The notes under the pieces: generated by a model
Databases searched by the model: none
Told to the model about the DNA's origin: nothing
The model's input: the letters and a program-made list of their open reading frames with translations, nothing else
In this document: piece after piece, positions 25,901 through 41,132 of the stretch
Numbering within the stretch: the stretch's first letter is position 1
Layout of the letters: each line of letters opens with the position of its first letter
Position numbers and translations under genes: made by a program
Assembly: GCA_964057225.1 (NCBI GenBank)
Contig: OZ059897.1
Location: 6,944,001-7,008,000 of the forward strand
Direction of reading: 5' to 3'
DNA from: Auanema rhodensis
Taxonomy: Eukaryota; Animalia; Nematoda
DNA: 64,000 nt

Positions 25901-27745
25901 TTAATGATTAGGAACATTATCGTACTGCGGTAAACCCTCATTAGCTTCTGCATATGCTTCCACTTGAACTACTGTATCTCTAACAAAGTCCTCCACCCTG
26001 CAAAGATAGGATCAATGTTTCAAATATAAGAAAATGGTAATTTTAATATACCTGCTTTCAGCATCTTGTTTCTCGTCAGTATGTTCAATTAAAGCATTGA
26101 CAAAGGCATTCTTATTACCCTTAAATATGAAATAAAGTAATAAAAAAGAAAAACAATCTAACTTTTGCGAAATCTTTAGCATCTTCCAATTGCAATCGTT
26201 TGTAAACACGGACAATTCTTGTGTTGTCCATGTTTTCAATGCTTTTTTTGTTAACCAAGAATGGCTTAAGATACTTATTATTGAAATTTTGGAAACTGAA
26301 ATTAGAAATATTCAATCTTGAAGATATACTGACGCAACTCACGTATCACGAATCCAATGATGTCCCTTGAATCCAGCAATATCTTCCATTCCAGTCATAG
26401 TATAATCGATTAACTAAAGAGAAGTACTAGGAAGTTTCTTGGAAAAAACAATATCTACCTCACGGTATATGATTTCTGTCATATTCTTCTTATGTAAACT
26501 CTTTTTCTCAACCTGGAGGAACTCAGCAATTGGTTTCAAGGTTATTCCCTAAAAATCTTTACTTTGCTTTTCTAAATAAAGAAAGTTAAACCTGAATAAA
26601 CACTGTGAAATATATAACTACAATTGTTGCTGTGATAAACATATTTTTAGCAGGAATATCGTTCAACGCGACTACAAGACCGTAGGCAATAGCGCCACGA
26701 AGTCCTCCATAAGCCATAATGAATTGATCAACCTAAATTCAATTTCCTTTGTAATTGAAATGGTAATAAGAGAAACCTTAGAAAATTTGTTAAGACGATA
26801 CTTATTTAGAATTGTACACAAGAATACAACTCCTAAGGTTCGATAGATCAAACAGAAAACAACTGTTAATACGATAAATGCACTGTCCCAGTGATGCTGA
26901 GAGGAAACTGTTGAAAGCCCAAGGAATACGAAAATAACAGTTTCACAACAAAGAGACAGTACCTGAAAAAATATTGTTGATTCAAAGTTAGTGATAATAG
27001 GGTGAGCTTTAGATTAATGCAACCGCTTTCACTTCCATCAAAATTCAAAATGAAGTGAGGCAAATTAGAATATTTAAAATGCCTACTTTGACAAAGTAAT
27101 TAATAGCATTTAATGATTTTTCTGGAAGATTTTCTTTCACATATTGTTTCATAGCAGCTCCACAAAATACAATTCTGAAAGATTTCTTTTTTTCATTTTT
27201 TTTCATAATATATCAACTAACCCCAATATACTCGAAAGGCCGAACATTTCAGCTACTAGGTAGCATGTGTATGGCACAACAATAACAAATACGGGATTCA
27301 AAATTTCGACATCGCGCGAATATCTAAATTTTTGGAATTATTATCATTTTAATAATAATAATAATCTTTACTTGGTTATGAATGAAATTAAAACAGCAAA
27401 GATAAGACCTAAACCGATTCCACCAAAGGCAACAACCAAATAAGAAATTCCTCCGTTCACATAGTCCATTGTGATCAATTCACCTCCTTAATATCATATT
27501 GTTTGTTTATTATAAATTGATGTAAAAATTAACCTTCAGTGATTTCTGTGAAAGCTGCAAAAATACGATAGAATACCTGTGAAATTAATTAATGATAAGG
27601 TGTTAAGACTAATAGCATGTTAAACTTACGACTGCGACACCATCATTAAGCAATGATTCTCCGAATACACTGATGAAAAGCACATCATTAACCTACAAGT
27701 AAATACTTTAATATGAGTATACACATGCAGATTTTCAGCACATGG

Positions 27746-27830
<85 letters not shown>

Positions 27831-29455
27831 GTTTCAGTAGCAGTGTCGATAATGCTTCGAACGATAAGAGTAGGTTGTAAAATCCGAACAAAATTGATTT
27901 ACGTTCGGATGGACTATGTAAAATATTTCGATAATAAAATAATTAATTATTAAAGATTACATATTTTTTGCTAAGAAAATAAAATTAAAAAAGGACGGGT
28001 TCCTTGAATATGTGATAAACAGAGATTAGAAGCTAATATGATTTTCGATAAATAGAAGTATTCCATATAGCAAAACCCCTCGTTTTCGTATTGAAGCATA
28101 TATTTCTTTCAAGATTGAGAGCTTGAATGGCTCATTTTCAAATAATTTCTAGTTTTATTTCAAATATAATGACACTTCCGACTTTAGCTCATGCTTTAAA
28201 TGTTGTTCTTATCATTGTAGTTCCGTTTGTTTCTTAATCAAGACGACCCATATGTCATGTGAAAAATACTCGAAAGAACAAATTTGATTCAGTTCTTTTT
28301 ACATTGAAATGATATGAAACTTACTCCTAATTCTTCGAAGATGACTATGACAGCAACGGGATCGACGTCAGCAACAACGGAACCGAACAGAAGAAGATGA
28401 ATCAGTGGCGTATCAATAGAAAATAATCCGGTGGTAGCGATTGCATAAAGCGATAAAGCTGCAATATCATCTCAGAGTTTAAAATATTTTCAAAATAAGC
28501 TTCTCTTCCATACAGATTGAAAGAATATTCCATGTGGTTCCAAGTAAAGCAAAGCATAAAATGGATCCGAGATTATCGAAGAAAGAACGAGCAGGCATAA
28601 AATAACCTGAAAGTCATTCTTTTGATCTTCATTAACTATTTGATATCTGGAAAAAATAAAATATTTGTAGATATCAAATACCTGCATCAAAAACAAGTGG
28701 TGGAAGCAAATATAACATGAAGACACTACTGTCCAAATAGAAAGCATGCTGAAAGTAGCTCAATCATTAATCAAATTTGATTAGATTTTTATTATAATTT
28801 TAATTTTATCCTATAGTAAGTAGTGAGAACTCCCCGAAAATTATTGATAAAGATTTTACACGTTTATCACAATGATTAGAAGATCAGAATCACTTTCAAT
28901 TTCGTACGGATTTTTTAAAACTAATTTACAACTTAAGATATTTTTTTGCTAAATTCTCTTCAAAAAGTATATTTTAAGTTGTTGAAAAATGGTAGGAAAA
29001 ATCGTGTTAATGACGAAAGATTTAAGACAATAATCTCGTGATAAGGGGATTACCCTGTTAACTCCAATAGCGTTGAAAATAATTCCAATTATTAGCCCGA
29101 TCATAATAAGAAGAGCAGAATCAGGAAACATTTCCGTGAGATGAGGAACAGCATGGAAAACTGAGAAAAATTGAATGAAATAGAACTGAATATTTGAAAG
29201 AATTACTGATTTTAGCTACACTGGCTACAATAAGCCATATGCAAATACTTAGAGGAACTTTAACTTCTTTCCACTCAAATACAGCAATAGGATATCGTTG
29301 GAGAGGCTCTTCTTCTTCTTCTTCCTAAAATGTGATAGAAGTTAGATTTAGAAAGATATTTCGACACAAACTACCTCTGCATTACTACATTGTTCGGCAA
29401 GAACTGTACCTAAGCAAAGGAATACACATAGAACCCATAGCAGTCGTCGAGACAT
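25901..29455 (-). CDS. Na+/H+ exchanger (CPA1, NHX family; nhx-1/nhx-2-like) with signal peptide
   Basis: [88 protein letters not shown]; short cytoplasmic tail. Confidence 0.93.
27749..27828. repeat. (CT)40 perfect microsatellite in an nhx intron
   Basis: 80 bp of uninterrupted CT repeat. Confidence 0.97.
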
Positions 29456-31491
29456 CAGGTTCAACACTGAATATAGCGAAAATTTCTTTAAAATAATTGA
29501 ATGAAAAAAGAATGTACTACAGAAAAATTGAGTTGAGTACGAAATAGAAAATGATTTTATTTGTAAATACGTTGACAAGCTGATACATAATCGTCCAAAG
29601 AAAGACGTTAAGAATTTATAAACAAATAATTCTCTTACTCTTTCCAGTATCCAATAACAAAATAAATTAATTTTCATTAGTCTTTTAAAAAATTTAAAAA
29701 AAGAAAATGAGACAACGGGAGGAAAGATCAAAATGGGTCTCTCTGACTGTCTTAGCTCTCTTCATTTTGGGCGTTGTTACATTATGAATGCTGCTTACTG
29801 CCGTTGGAAAAGCTGATTAAAGATAACGAACCAAGCTACTGTCTACAGAGCCAAGACAGATTATAATCAGAATTCCGAAAAAAAACAGTAATATTGATGA
29901 AATTTGTGGAGGAGCACGGTGCTATAGCAGTTAAGTGTGAATGAATAGGTGGTTGTAGACTAGCTCTAGTATTTTAGCACAACAAAATATCCAAAACAGG
30001 TCATTAGTAAGATATTTTCAAAAACTTAACAAAGTTCAAGCTGTTTCTTATCAGCTCACTACAGATGGTAAGATTATCTTTTAAACATAAGATGTATATT
30101 TTCATTGTTGGATAACGTCAATAATATGCCATTGCTATTATTGCTTAAAGAAAAATCCATCATATGATTTCATAAAAATTCTTTAAATTTTGAAAAATTA
30201 TATCAATTGACAGCAACACTTATAAAGCTTTGCGGAGGAGGGTGAAAAACAGAAGAGAATATTCTCTACAACCCTATCAATTTAACAAATTGATCGAGCA
30301 ATCAAATAGAAATTAACGGCTTATGAAGTATTTATGGGTTTTCCATATGACGCAACGTTAAGGCTTATTCACAAGTTAAAGGGATGAGTATATCTCTATC
30401 TAGTACTAGCTGCCGAATTACTCTGGTTTAGGAATAATTTAATCCAAACATAATAGAGCAGATAAAGCTTTACAAACTGGATTAAAAACATTAATTAGAG
30501 CAAGGTGATAGTGCTATAACTAATTTAACAATACAGTATCCTGATGAGATTTTCTTCCAAATTATTAAAACAAAGAACAAAAAGTCTCATAATCTGATGT
30601 TATCATTTTGCATGACCACGTGGAATTAAAGAATACAATACCATGAGCTAATAAGCTAATAAGCTACGTAATGTGATAATAAAAGTTTACAAATAAATAC
30701 AAAAAAAATGAACTGAACGATAAAAACTTTGAAATACTCAAAAATACAACTTCAACTCATCTTTAAAAGATGTTCTATATGAAACGGAATACATATCTAA
30801 GATTTCTCTATACAATCTACACAATCAATACTACTCCAATAGTTCATTCGAACTGATAAAGAATACGTTTGATGATGGCAAAATCAGTTTGAAGCCTTGT
30901 AAACTTAAATGAGTTGGGTCAGAATAGTTAGAAGTCGAATAGACTCAACAGCAAGAGGGAAATAACCTAATAAAATAAAAATCTATCGAATATTAGTGCG
31001 TTTAGAAATAAGGTGAGAAGAAGATATGCCGATCGGTAGAAGGGGGAGAGGGGGTTGGTTCATTAATTTGTTTTAGAGATTTATATGATAGCATGTTTAT
31101 CGTTAATTACTGCTTTTTTTGTATAGCATCATCCGCCGCCCTTCATTTGTTATCAATATAAAGAGTTTAAAATGTTTTATAAACCTGGAGAAAAATAGGG
31201 ATACCGGATATACATATTACTCAATCATTCTGTTTTTATTACGAATTGTGATGATTTTTTAAAAACTTTGTTTAATACTTTTGCGTTAAGTATATGATAT
31301 AGTTAGTGCAACCTGATTGAAGCGTGACACACTGTAATATGCTAACATGATTTCACCTGTTAATTCTTCTTTTTTTTCGTACAGTGACCGGTTGTATTCT
31401 CTTTTTTTCGGTGCAACTTTCAAAGATAACATGTATATGAGCTTATTCCTTTCATTTATATTACAATTTAAATTTATTACTTTCTTTGATA

Positions 31492-34400
31492 TTAAATCAG
31501 ATCATCTATGTCTCGGCGACTATTATGAGCATCGGCAGTAAGAGAAGATACTAAACTCGTTAACTCCATAATCTAAAACGAATTTCAGTTTTTATATTTT
31601 ATTCTCTAATGGTTACCCGTGTCTCAGCTTCATTTAGGTCTGTTGAGAGTGTCTTAATCTGTCTTTTCAATGGTTCCTAAAATATCAAAACAATTTCCTC
31701 CAATCACAATATTGTGCAGATTGCATGTGTGTGTGTATGTATGTGTGTGTGAAATAAAAATGGTTAGTAATATGACGTGTATAAGTATGAAGTGAACTAA
31801 GAATGTTAAGCAGTGGTAGTGATTAGTTTTAGTAGATGTGTTTACATAGAAAACAAAAAAAATTTATTTAAGTGCAGTGCAGCAGTGATCATGGATAAGG
31901 CAATATATGAGTGCAAGTGCTGGAAGCGAAATTACGTGCCGAGAAATACGTAGAGCATATCGTCACTACGAACTTGCTTAAAAAATTTTAAAAAATGAAA
32001 AGAACACACTGTGTTAGATATTATGCGCCGAAATAACGGCAGTATCACCAGAATTTGTTTTTTTTTTCATCAAATATAGTTATAAAAAAGACGAATCAGT
32101 TGAAATTAAAAAAGTATTAGTGGGGTATATATGTATAGCTAAAAATGTTTTCTTCTTAATTTTTGATATCAAAAGAAAACATTAATATATGTTAGTGAAG
32201 TGTAGCACACAATACGTGATGCTTGTTAATAACTTATAATGATGGGAAAAATTGGCTTCGAACTCGCTTGCTGACCTGTTGACGATATTCTGAATTTTCG
32301 AGGTTTTTCTTCAACTTTTCGACATGGCGGTTAGATTCTTGGAGTCTGTAAAGGAAAACGATTGTTAAAGACAAAAAAATTAGAAAAATCAAGCTTTTAT
32401 TGGGTAATAAGCCCATTTTATTTGCATGAAAGTCCATTATGGGTTAAAGGTTCAACACTCAAGGAAAATAAAAACTTTGGAAAATATGGATGTAGTGACA
32501 AGACATGCATGCAATACCTTCAACTAGTAGAGACACTCCTAAACTAATTCCATAGATACATACATAATCCTTGTGCTTATCTAACTATATATGCAAAACT
32601 GAAAACGTTAAATGGGCTAGTATGATTGAAACAAAAAAAAACAAAATCATGATGATGTTATGAGATCGTTCGATTTGAAGATAATTTCAGATAGACAGGC
32701 ACTACATCGTGTTCATCGTAATCCTTAAAACATGCAAAACGGGACAGACTAAAGTCATAACACAGCACATATTACCAGACATAAGACATTTATTGAGCTT
32801 TTACTATTTTACAAGTATCTAAGAATATTTTTTTATGTGAGAGCAATAAGAAATCTAGTAATCTCTATATTTTAAATATTCTATGTCCTTAAAAGATTGA
32901 GCAAATTTACTTTAATAAAACGATATCAAAGAGCAGAATTCTAGACCAGCTTGAACAGTTTGAACCGTACGTAAGCGAAATAAGTAGTTGATAGAGTAGA
33001 TTAGAGAACTTTGGATGTAAGTACCTTACAAATACGAAAATTCTAACTAAAAAAGATATACTATTTGAAATTTCTCTATTTTAAAAAGAGAAATTATGTG
33101 CAATATAATAATTATTGTTTGAAACAATAATCATTAATTTCTAGAAGAATTTAGGAACGTGCTGGGTGGAAAAGGAGAAGAATTTGGGAGGATAACTAAT
33201 AAATTCACAAACTAATACAAATAACTACGAACATCTAAAATGCTGGTGTAAAACTAAAACTTAAAACTTATTTGAAATTTAAATATGTATAATCAGAGAG
33301 TTTATGTTAAAGAATATGATAAAAGTGGATCATTTAACCTTCGAGCATTGTCAGCAGCATCTCGGGTGGAAGATTCTAATAATCGCTGTAGATCGGAGAT
33401 TTGCTTCCTCATACTCTCCACCTCTGTCTCTGCTTCCTTTCTCTGGAACGAAAATTGGAAATTATTAGACGGGGTTCTAAAGCTACGAATGGTTTTTTTC
33501 ATGCAGGTGAGAAAACCAACTGTTTTGTGATAATACGTAGCATTTTTGTGCGTTACGTGAAAAATTTACGTATGATATATTTTGAAATAATTTTGCATGC
33601 AGATCGGTTGGTTGGTTGTAAAATTTTAAATGATAGGGAATTGGGTAAAGTTTATCGAATTAAGGTTGTAACTTACTGTCTTACTCCATTCCTTTTTAGT
33701 TGAATCCATGGTTTGCTTCCATTGTTGGTTTATTTTTTTAATTTCATCGTCCACATGAGCCATTCTATCTTCTAATTGCGTGTTTCTTAAATTCAAAAAC
33801 ATACTGAAATCCCATTGGGCAAGCTAACTTCTGAAGGAGTTTGGTGTTGTCAATTGCCAGGGATCTTTCCGTAGTTGAAGAAGCTTCAAATGATTGCTTC
33901 AACTCATTATTCTCCGTTTCACTTTGTTCAAGTTTTTGCTTAGTGTTCATTAATTCATTTTTTAATTGGACGTAAGTTGTTGCTTCTTCGAAGTTCTAAA
34001 TGAAAATATTAGAATGATTTACTTGTGAAGCAATGCCTCAAGTTGAATAGCATCAGCTAATGGGCGAAGTTGTTCAATCTCTACCGACAAAATAGTCTTG
34101 GAGGCCAGAGCTACTTCCAAGTTCTCTGAAGTTTCTGTTAATGCCAGGCATTTAGCATCCAATTCGTGACGTAACGTTGTAATTCTAAAATGTTAATGTT
34201 TGCTTATATATGTTAATAATATGCATTTTGAATACTTTTCTTCCAATTTTTGATTGTCCGCTTTCCATTTAGCGTTCTCTTTTTCGAAGGTATGACGCAT
34301 TTCCATTATTACTTGATCTTTTTCGGATACAGTCTTTGTAAGTAATTCAACCTATATAATAAGAATTTCTCGAATTATTTCAAGAAATAATCCCATTTTA

Positions 34401-35690
34401 CCTTGTCATTCATAGATTGTTGTCCGCTGGCCATGCTTCTCAAAAGTGCCAACTCGGTCTCGTAAGCGGAAACTTTAGATTCTGCTTCACTTCTACGAAC
34501 ATCAAGTTCACGAATACTTCTTAAAGATTTTCATCAGATAAACTCTTAGCGATAATTATTACTTATGTGAATCTTCCATTTTATCATTTAATTTCTTAAT
34601 TTCATCTCTTAAATTCTCAATAACAATATCCTTTCCCGTTGAAATCTTTGCCAAGTCAGCGAATTGCTGCTCCAATGGTGTCATTCCCTTGGTTGCTATG
34701 TCTGATTGTAGAGGAATGCTGGGTTGTGCTTGGTTGCCAGATTGTAGCAAACGTTCTTGTTCCTCAAAAGTTAATGGATTATTACTGGAAACAGAATTCT
34801 GAGTCGTACTTGTGATGTTACGGTTAAATTAGATACGATTGAGGCTGAGCTTGCGGAATGCTTTCCAGTGGGAGAGATTGGTGCTTTTTTTCGTGAACCA
34901 CCTTTGATAATATAAAAGTTAGAAAATATGATTAATCATCAAACCCTACCCATAGTCGAGGCAATCAACTGTTGAACAGCTTGAACATTTTTTTCAAACG
35001 TTTTAGTCGCAGACTCATATGAGCTGAGATTTGAAGAGTGGCATCGCTGGCCTTAATATAAACTTAATAATAGTGTAGAATATAAATAAATCAATAACAT
35101 TTTTTTATTTAGCTGTTTAATATTGCTCCCTCAATCTGTGACACCCGGAGATTTTGAAAAATCATAATGAATTCTCAGCTGAGTGCGTCAATCTAATTTT
35201 AGATTACTTTTCGTTATCATGTAAAAGAAGGGGAAAACGAAATTGCTGACATTATCTATTGTTTAATAAATAATTTGAGAAAACTCAAGAAAATGTCTTT
35301 CAAACTATAGCTGAAGATTCAATAATCAAATCATATGATTGCTCGAAATGAAGAACCGTACTGGCCACCCTTTGATGGAATTTTGACTCAAATTGTTTTG
35401 AGCACAGTCTTACAAAACTCACTTAAGTTAACAAAATATTGTCGATCGTTCCATGCCCCACCAGGAGGATTAAACTTCTGTCCGTCGAATTTCACGGAAG
35501 ATCGACAGTCCTTCTCGCGATCACGAAAGTACATGCCAGAGCACCCTAAAAATAGATAATTAGCAAATTTTGTGAAGAGTGGCATTCTAAAATTAACCTG
35601 GAAAAGCAGTTTGTAATGATGTCCATTTAATTCCGTCATCCTCTTCCAATTCTACCTCAACGGGTTCAACATAGATACGTATACTTCGTA
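31492..35690 (-). CDS. TDP-43 N-terminal-domain-like plus long coiled-coil protein, no RRMs; first exon not located
   Basis: Spliced product RSIRIYVEPVEVELEEDDGIKWTSLQTAFPGCSGMYFRDREKDCRSSVKFDGQKFNPPGGAWNDRQYFVNL, followed by ~10 heptad-rich exons (e.g. LEQQFADLAKISTGKDIVIENLRDEIKKLNDKME, LKNELMNTKQKLEQSETENNELK), ending IMELTSLVSSLTADAHNSRRDIDDLI*. Confidence 0.78.
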
Positions 35691-38532
35691 CTAAAAACAG
35701 TTTAATATATGCACATGATTATTTTAATTTTCGTTTTTGTTTATTTTAAAAATCATTTCTTCTCTTTGTCCATAAAATTTATTTGAAGTGAAATATCTTT
35801 TGTTTCAAGTAATATATCAAAATCGTTAAAATGTCATTGCAATTTGCCTTATCAGCTTTTGCAATTATGGGAATGAATTAATGCAAAGAAAGGATAGGTG
35901 TGGTGATGATGCCGGTTAATTACTGTTATCGCCCACAAAGTTTGTAAGTGTATGCAACATTTTTCTCAAACAAAACATTTGAAATTTATAAATTTTAATA
36001 AACATTATTAAACAAATTTCGGTATTATCTTGTTTTTATAAAATTTAATTCATCAGATAGAACATAGACCCAATTTTTACATGCATAGGTGGCTGTCCGA
36101 ATATATATAGATCGGCAACTCGTTTTTATGAACTTGACTGATGTCTTCGGACAAGAACACTCGGAATTCATCGTTACTTCCCCGGTATTGATTCAAGCAA
36201 AACTTTAAGAAATGTAGATTTTGATCATTTTAATGAATATCTGTAGTTTTTCTCTATTTGGGAAATTATAAATATTTATTTTGTAGAATGAAGAAAATCT
36301 CAGATTTTTTCGACATTGTCTTTGTATATTAAGTACGGACATAATGAAACCTCTTACGTTTAAAGCGAGATTTTTGCTTTTTCTGTTCAAATCGTAATAA
36401 AACTTCTGTTTAAATGATCGAACTGTGCAATGAGGATGAAACGGAATTTGTTTGATCAACTCTCAGATAGTCTGGTTAATTCCTATTAGTTGACTACGTG
36501 TTTTTCGCATAAAAACGAGGTAAACTTGAGTTTGGTCATATGACGAAAAGCCTTCACGATGTTCCGATAGTTAAACATCACATATTGTACAAACGTACTT
36601 TTAGGGGGCGAGGACAAGACAAGGAAAAAGAAATATGAAGTGAGATCAAAAACAACAACCGCTCTGCAAAACTCTGCAACATTCAATGAAATTAATGAAT
36701 TACCGATGTTCACGTTAATTCCACGTGTGCAGCATAACGTTCATCATGATATTCAAATCAGTCAAATAACAAGAAATTATTGAATGGAATTAAAGAAAAC
36801 TATTCGGAAGAAATCGTAAATAAAAAAAATGGAAAAAGAATATAGAATATTTGCTATTTCGAAAGGCAAGTTGATCAATCAATACAATGTATACATATCT
36901 CTCATGAGACTATTTTTCAAAGTGTTTGTCCTTATTTTGAATATGAAGACGGAATAAATTCATCAGTTACAACGTTTTTAACACTAAGATCTAACTTGTT
37001 TACAGGAAAAAGTGGAAAAACATGTGTAAAGACATAGACTTGGCGTTTAAATCGATGCTCCAAAAAATATAAGTATGAAAAATATTGCAAATAAATAGAA
37101 TAATGATATTTTAAAAAGTTTGTCTTTTGTGATTCAAAATAAAATCAAGAAGTTCGTAACAATCACAATACTACGTGATATTAAATTTAAAATATTAAAA
37201 GAAGAAACAAACTTCACAAAACTGTATAATAAATGAACAACTGAAACTAACCCTTGCCGATATTACTGCTCATTATATTAAAATTGTGGAATAATGCAGC
37301 TTTTTTTCCTTTGTTTTTAGAGTAATTTTGTAATAAATTTGGTTGCTGATTCAATAGGGCGGTTGGAATGGAGAAACACAGTGAAACTGGGGAAATGTGA
37401 TGACAGAGGGCGGAGATCGATGGATGGCTTCCCCCCCCCCTCTGGCCGGTGTCCGTACCGCTCGTTCCTCCGGCTACAATGTGAGTTATTCTTCCGTGTT
37501 TTATGACAAAACAGAATTGTTAAGTAAACTTCCGATTTTCCTTTTCAAAAACATAGATTCTGTGATAACACGGTTTCTTTTTTGGGAAAAATCTTTAATG
37601 TACACAATGAGTCTTGCCTTTATTACAACGTTTCATGAAATTAAATCCTTGGAATATTTCTTTACGACCGAATTATTTGCCAATAATATTGGATACTTAG
37701 AAAAAATATATATTAAGACATAGCTTAAAAACATATTTATCAGAAAATTGCTGTCATTTTCTTGAAAAAGACAAACAAATCAATGAATTGTTGCAGTTTT
37801 TATCTTCGGCTTGTCAAAATTTGTTGGTTTCATTTAAAACAAAACAGCAAAATAAGTGTTATGCTATTGATTATCAGTATGGGATACTTTTTCAGTTGAT
37901 CACAATTTTTATTCAAAATGGGTAATCAAGAATGATTGGAGACATCATAATGCTAGCTTAGCACATTATACTATTTATCAAGCTAATTTCATTAAATGAA
38001 TGATCCTTTTTAACTTTATCACTCGTCGTTATCTACTTATCAGATAACTATAGAGAGAAAGAAAGTATACCCAATTCTTTAATTTCTTGTTGACGAAAAT
38101 GTTAGTTTAGTTATGAAATCGAGAGAAAATCCATATAATGGAATTCTTGTGTAAATGAATCCTTTTAAGTTTGATGGGAATTTCGTTTTCAGAAGTCTTG
38201 GAATGCTAGCCATAGTGGCTATAGGTTAATTTGAAACTTGGCTGAAAATCACCTAGAGTTTATGATCTTTTGTGCAATTTCGTAAATATGTATCCGTACT
38301 ATTATCTGTGTTTTCGTTTTATAAAAGAAGTAAAAAGTATATTTGACCCATGTAATTTATTATTAGTCGTGTGTCTTGTGTCGTGGTCATACAGTATAAA
38401 AAACAATCTATGTACAGTCAGCAGCGGGTGAAGAAGAAATGGCTAAACAACGGGAGACTGAATGATTCATCCCATCGAAGTTTGAGCAGGTAGGCTTTTG
38501 TCCACCAATATTTTAGTAAGTGCATATGTGGC

Positions 38533-39919
<1,387 letters not shown>

Positions 39920-41132
39920 AGTCGTGTGGACTACTGGTAGAGCACACGAGAGGAGACAAGGGCCGCTATGTCAAGCTGTCCCTTATGTAGTCGGCCAGCC
40001 GGGATCAAGCGAATTTGGTGGGCGGAGAGATAACTGGTATATTTCTCATCATCTCCGTCATGGTTTACTTCGATAGTTAGGTTTCGAGTACGAGGAGAAG
40101 CAGATCCAGTGATGTGCTAATTGAATATCCGCTTTCTCAAGTATTTCCATCATCTATTTCATCGAATGACTTGAAATTGAAAACAACAAGGGATAGCTGT
40201 CTGTTCTCTCGTTGATTTGTCCCATATCTTATTCATTGCGCTGATCCGCTCTCATTACTCGATCATATATTATCTTCCTTCTATTCTAAGTTAGTCTTTA
40301 AGATTATCAATTCTTTTTTTCCCCAAAACACTCGCTTTCTGGTATGTGTAGACGTGAAGCTGGACATAAAGACATTACAAAGAAGTGACCAATTCAGATT
40401 ATCAAGCATAACAAACTAAGATATATATATATATGAAAAACTTTATATTTGGTAGATATGATAAGTAAATTAAATTCTATGAATATACTATATGAATATA
40501 ACTTTGAAAATCATTCGAAGCCTGTGAACGTAATTAAAAAACTTCAAGAATTTTAAAATTTATGATACTTTTATTTTGAAATTTATATTTGAGATGAACG
40601 GTTGTATTTAACTCTTCTTTGCACTCTTAGTAATGAAGTTAATATAGTTTTATTCATTAATTCTTTCTCTATCGTAGTCTAATCAAAAATCAATTTGGTA
40701 TACTAACTTAATATATTACGAGAAAGGTCGAGTCATCGATCTTATCTTTCTATCTTATTTTGACCCTGAATTGGAATACTTATTACCTATTGCAGACGAA
40801 AATGACAGATATTCTTATGATTTTCATTACAGGAAAACCGTTTTCCTTACGATATCTACTTTTTATAAATATCAGCTTGAAAAAGAAATGATTAGGAAAG
40901 AAATCATTTGGGAGAAAACAAGGGCAATTAAAACGATTCTAATCAGTTATCCGAAAACAATCAGGAAACCCTACTGGATAAACCGAACTTTTAATTCTTT
41001 TTGTGTTTGAAGTATTTATAAACGGTTGTGTTGTAGATCTTATAAGAAATGAAAAGAAAATATTAACAAAATAATTTATTGCACTTAATAAGTTAATGAC
41101 CATGATCTCAAATATGGTCTTTATTTCCAAGC

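Noticed and set aside
27688-27891. ORF with ERERER... repeat
   Set aside because: Translation of the intronic (CT)40 microsatellite, not a gene.
32347-32437. TM-like N-terminus (LIFLIFLSLTIVFLY) in ORF 32234-32437
   Set aside because: It is the T-rich intron end ahead of the TTACAG acceptor of a coiled-coil exon. An alternative membrane-anchored start is not excluded but is unsupported.
37397-37723. ORF MMTEGGDRWMASPPP... with a C-tract and a GTGAGT donor-like site
   Set aside because: No downstream plus-strand exons found; more likely regulatory sequence.
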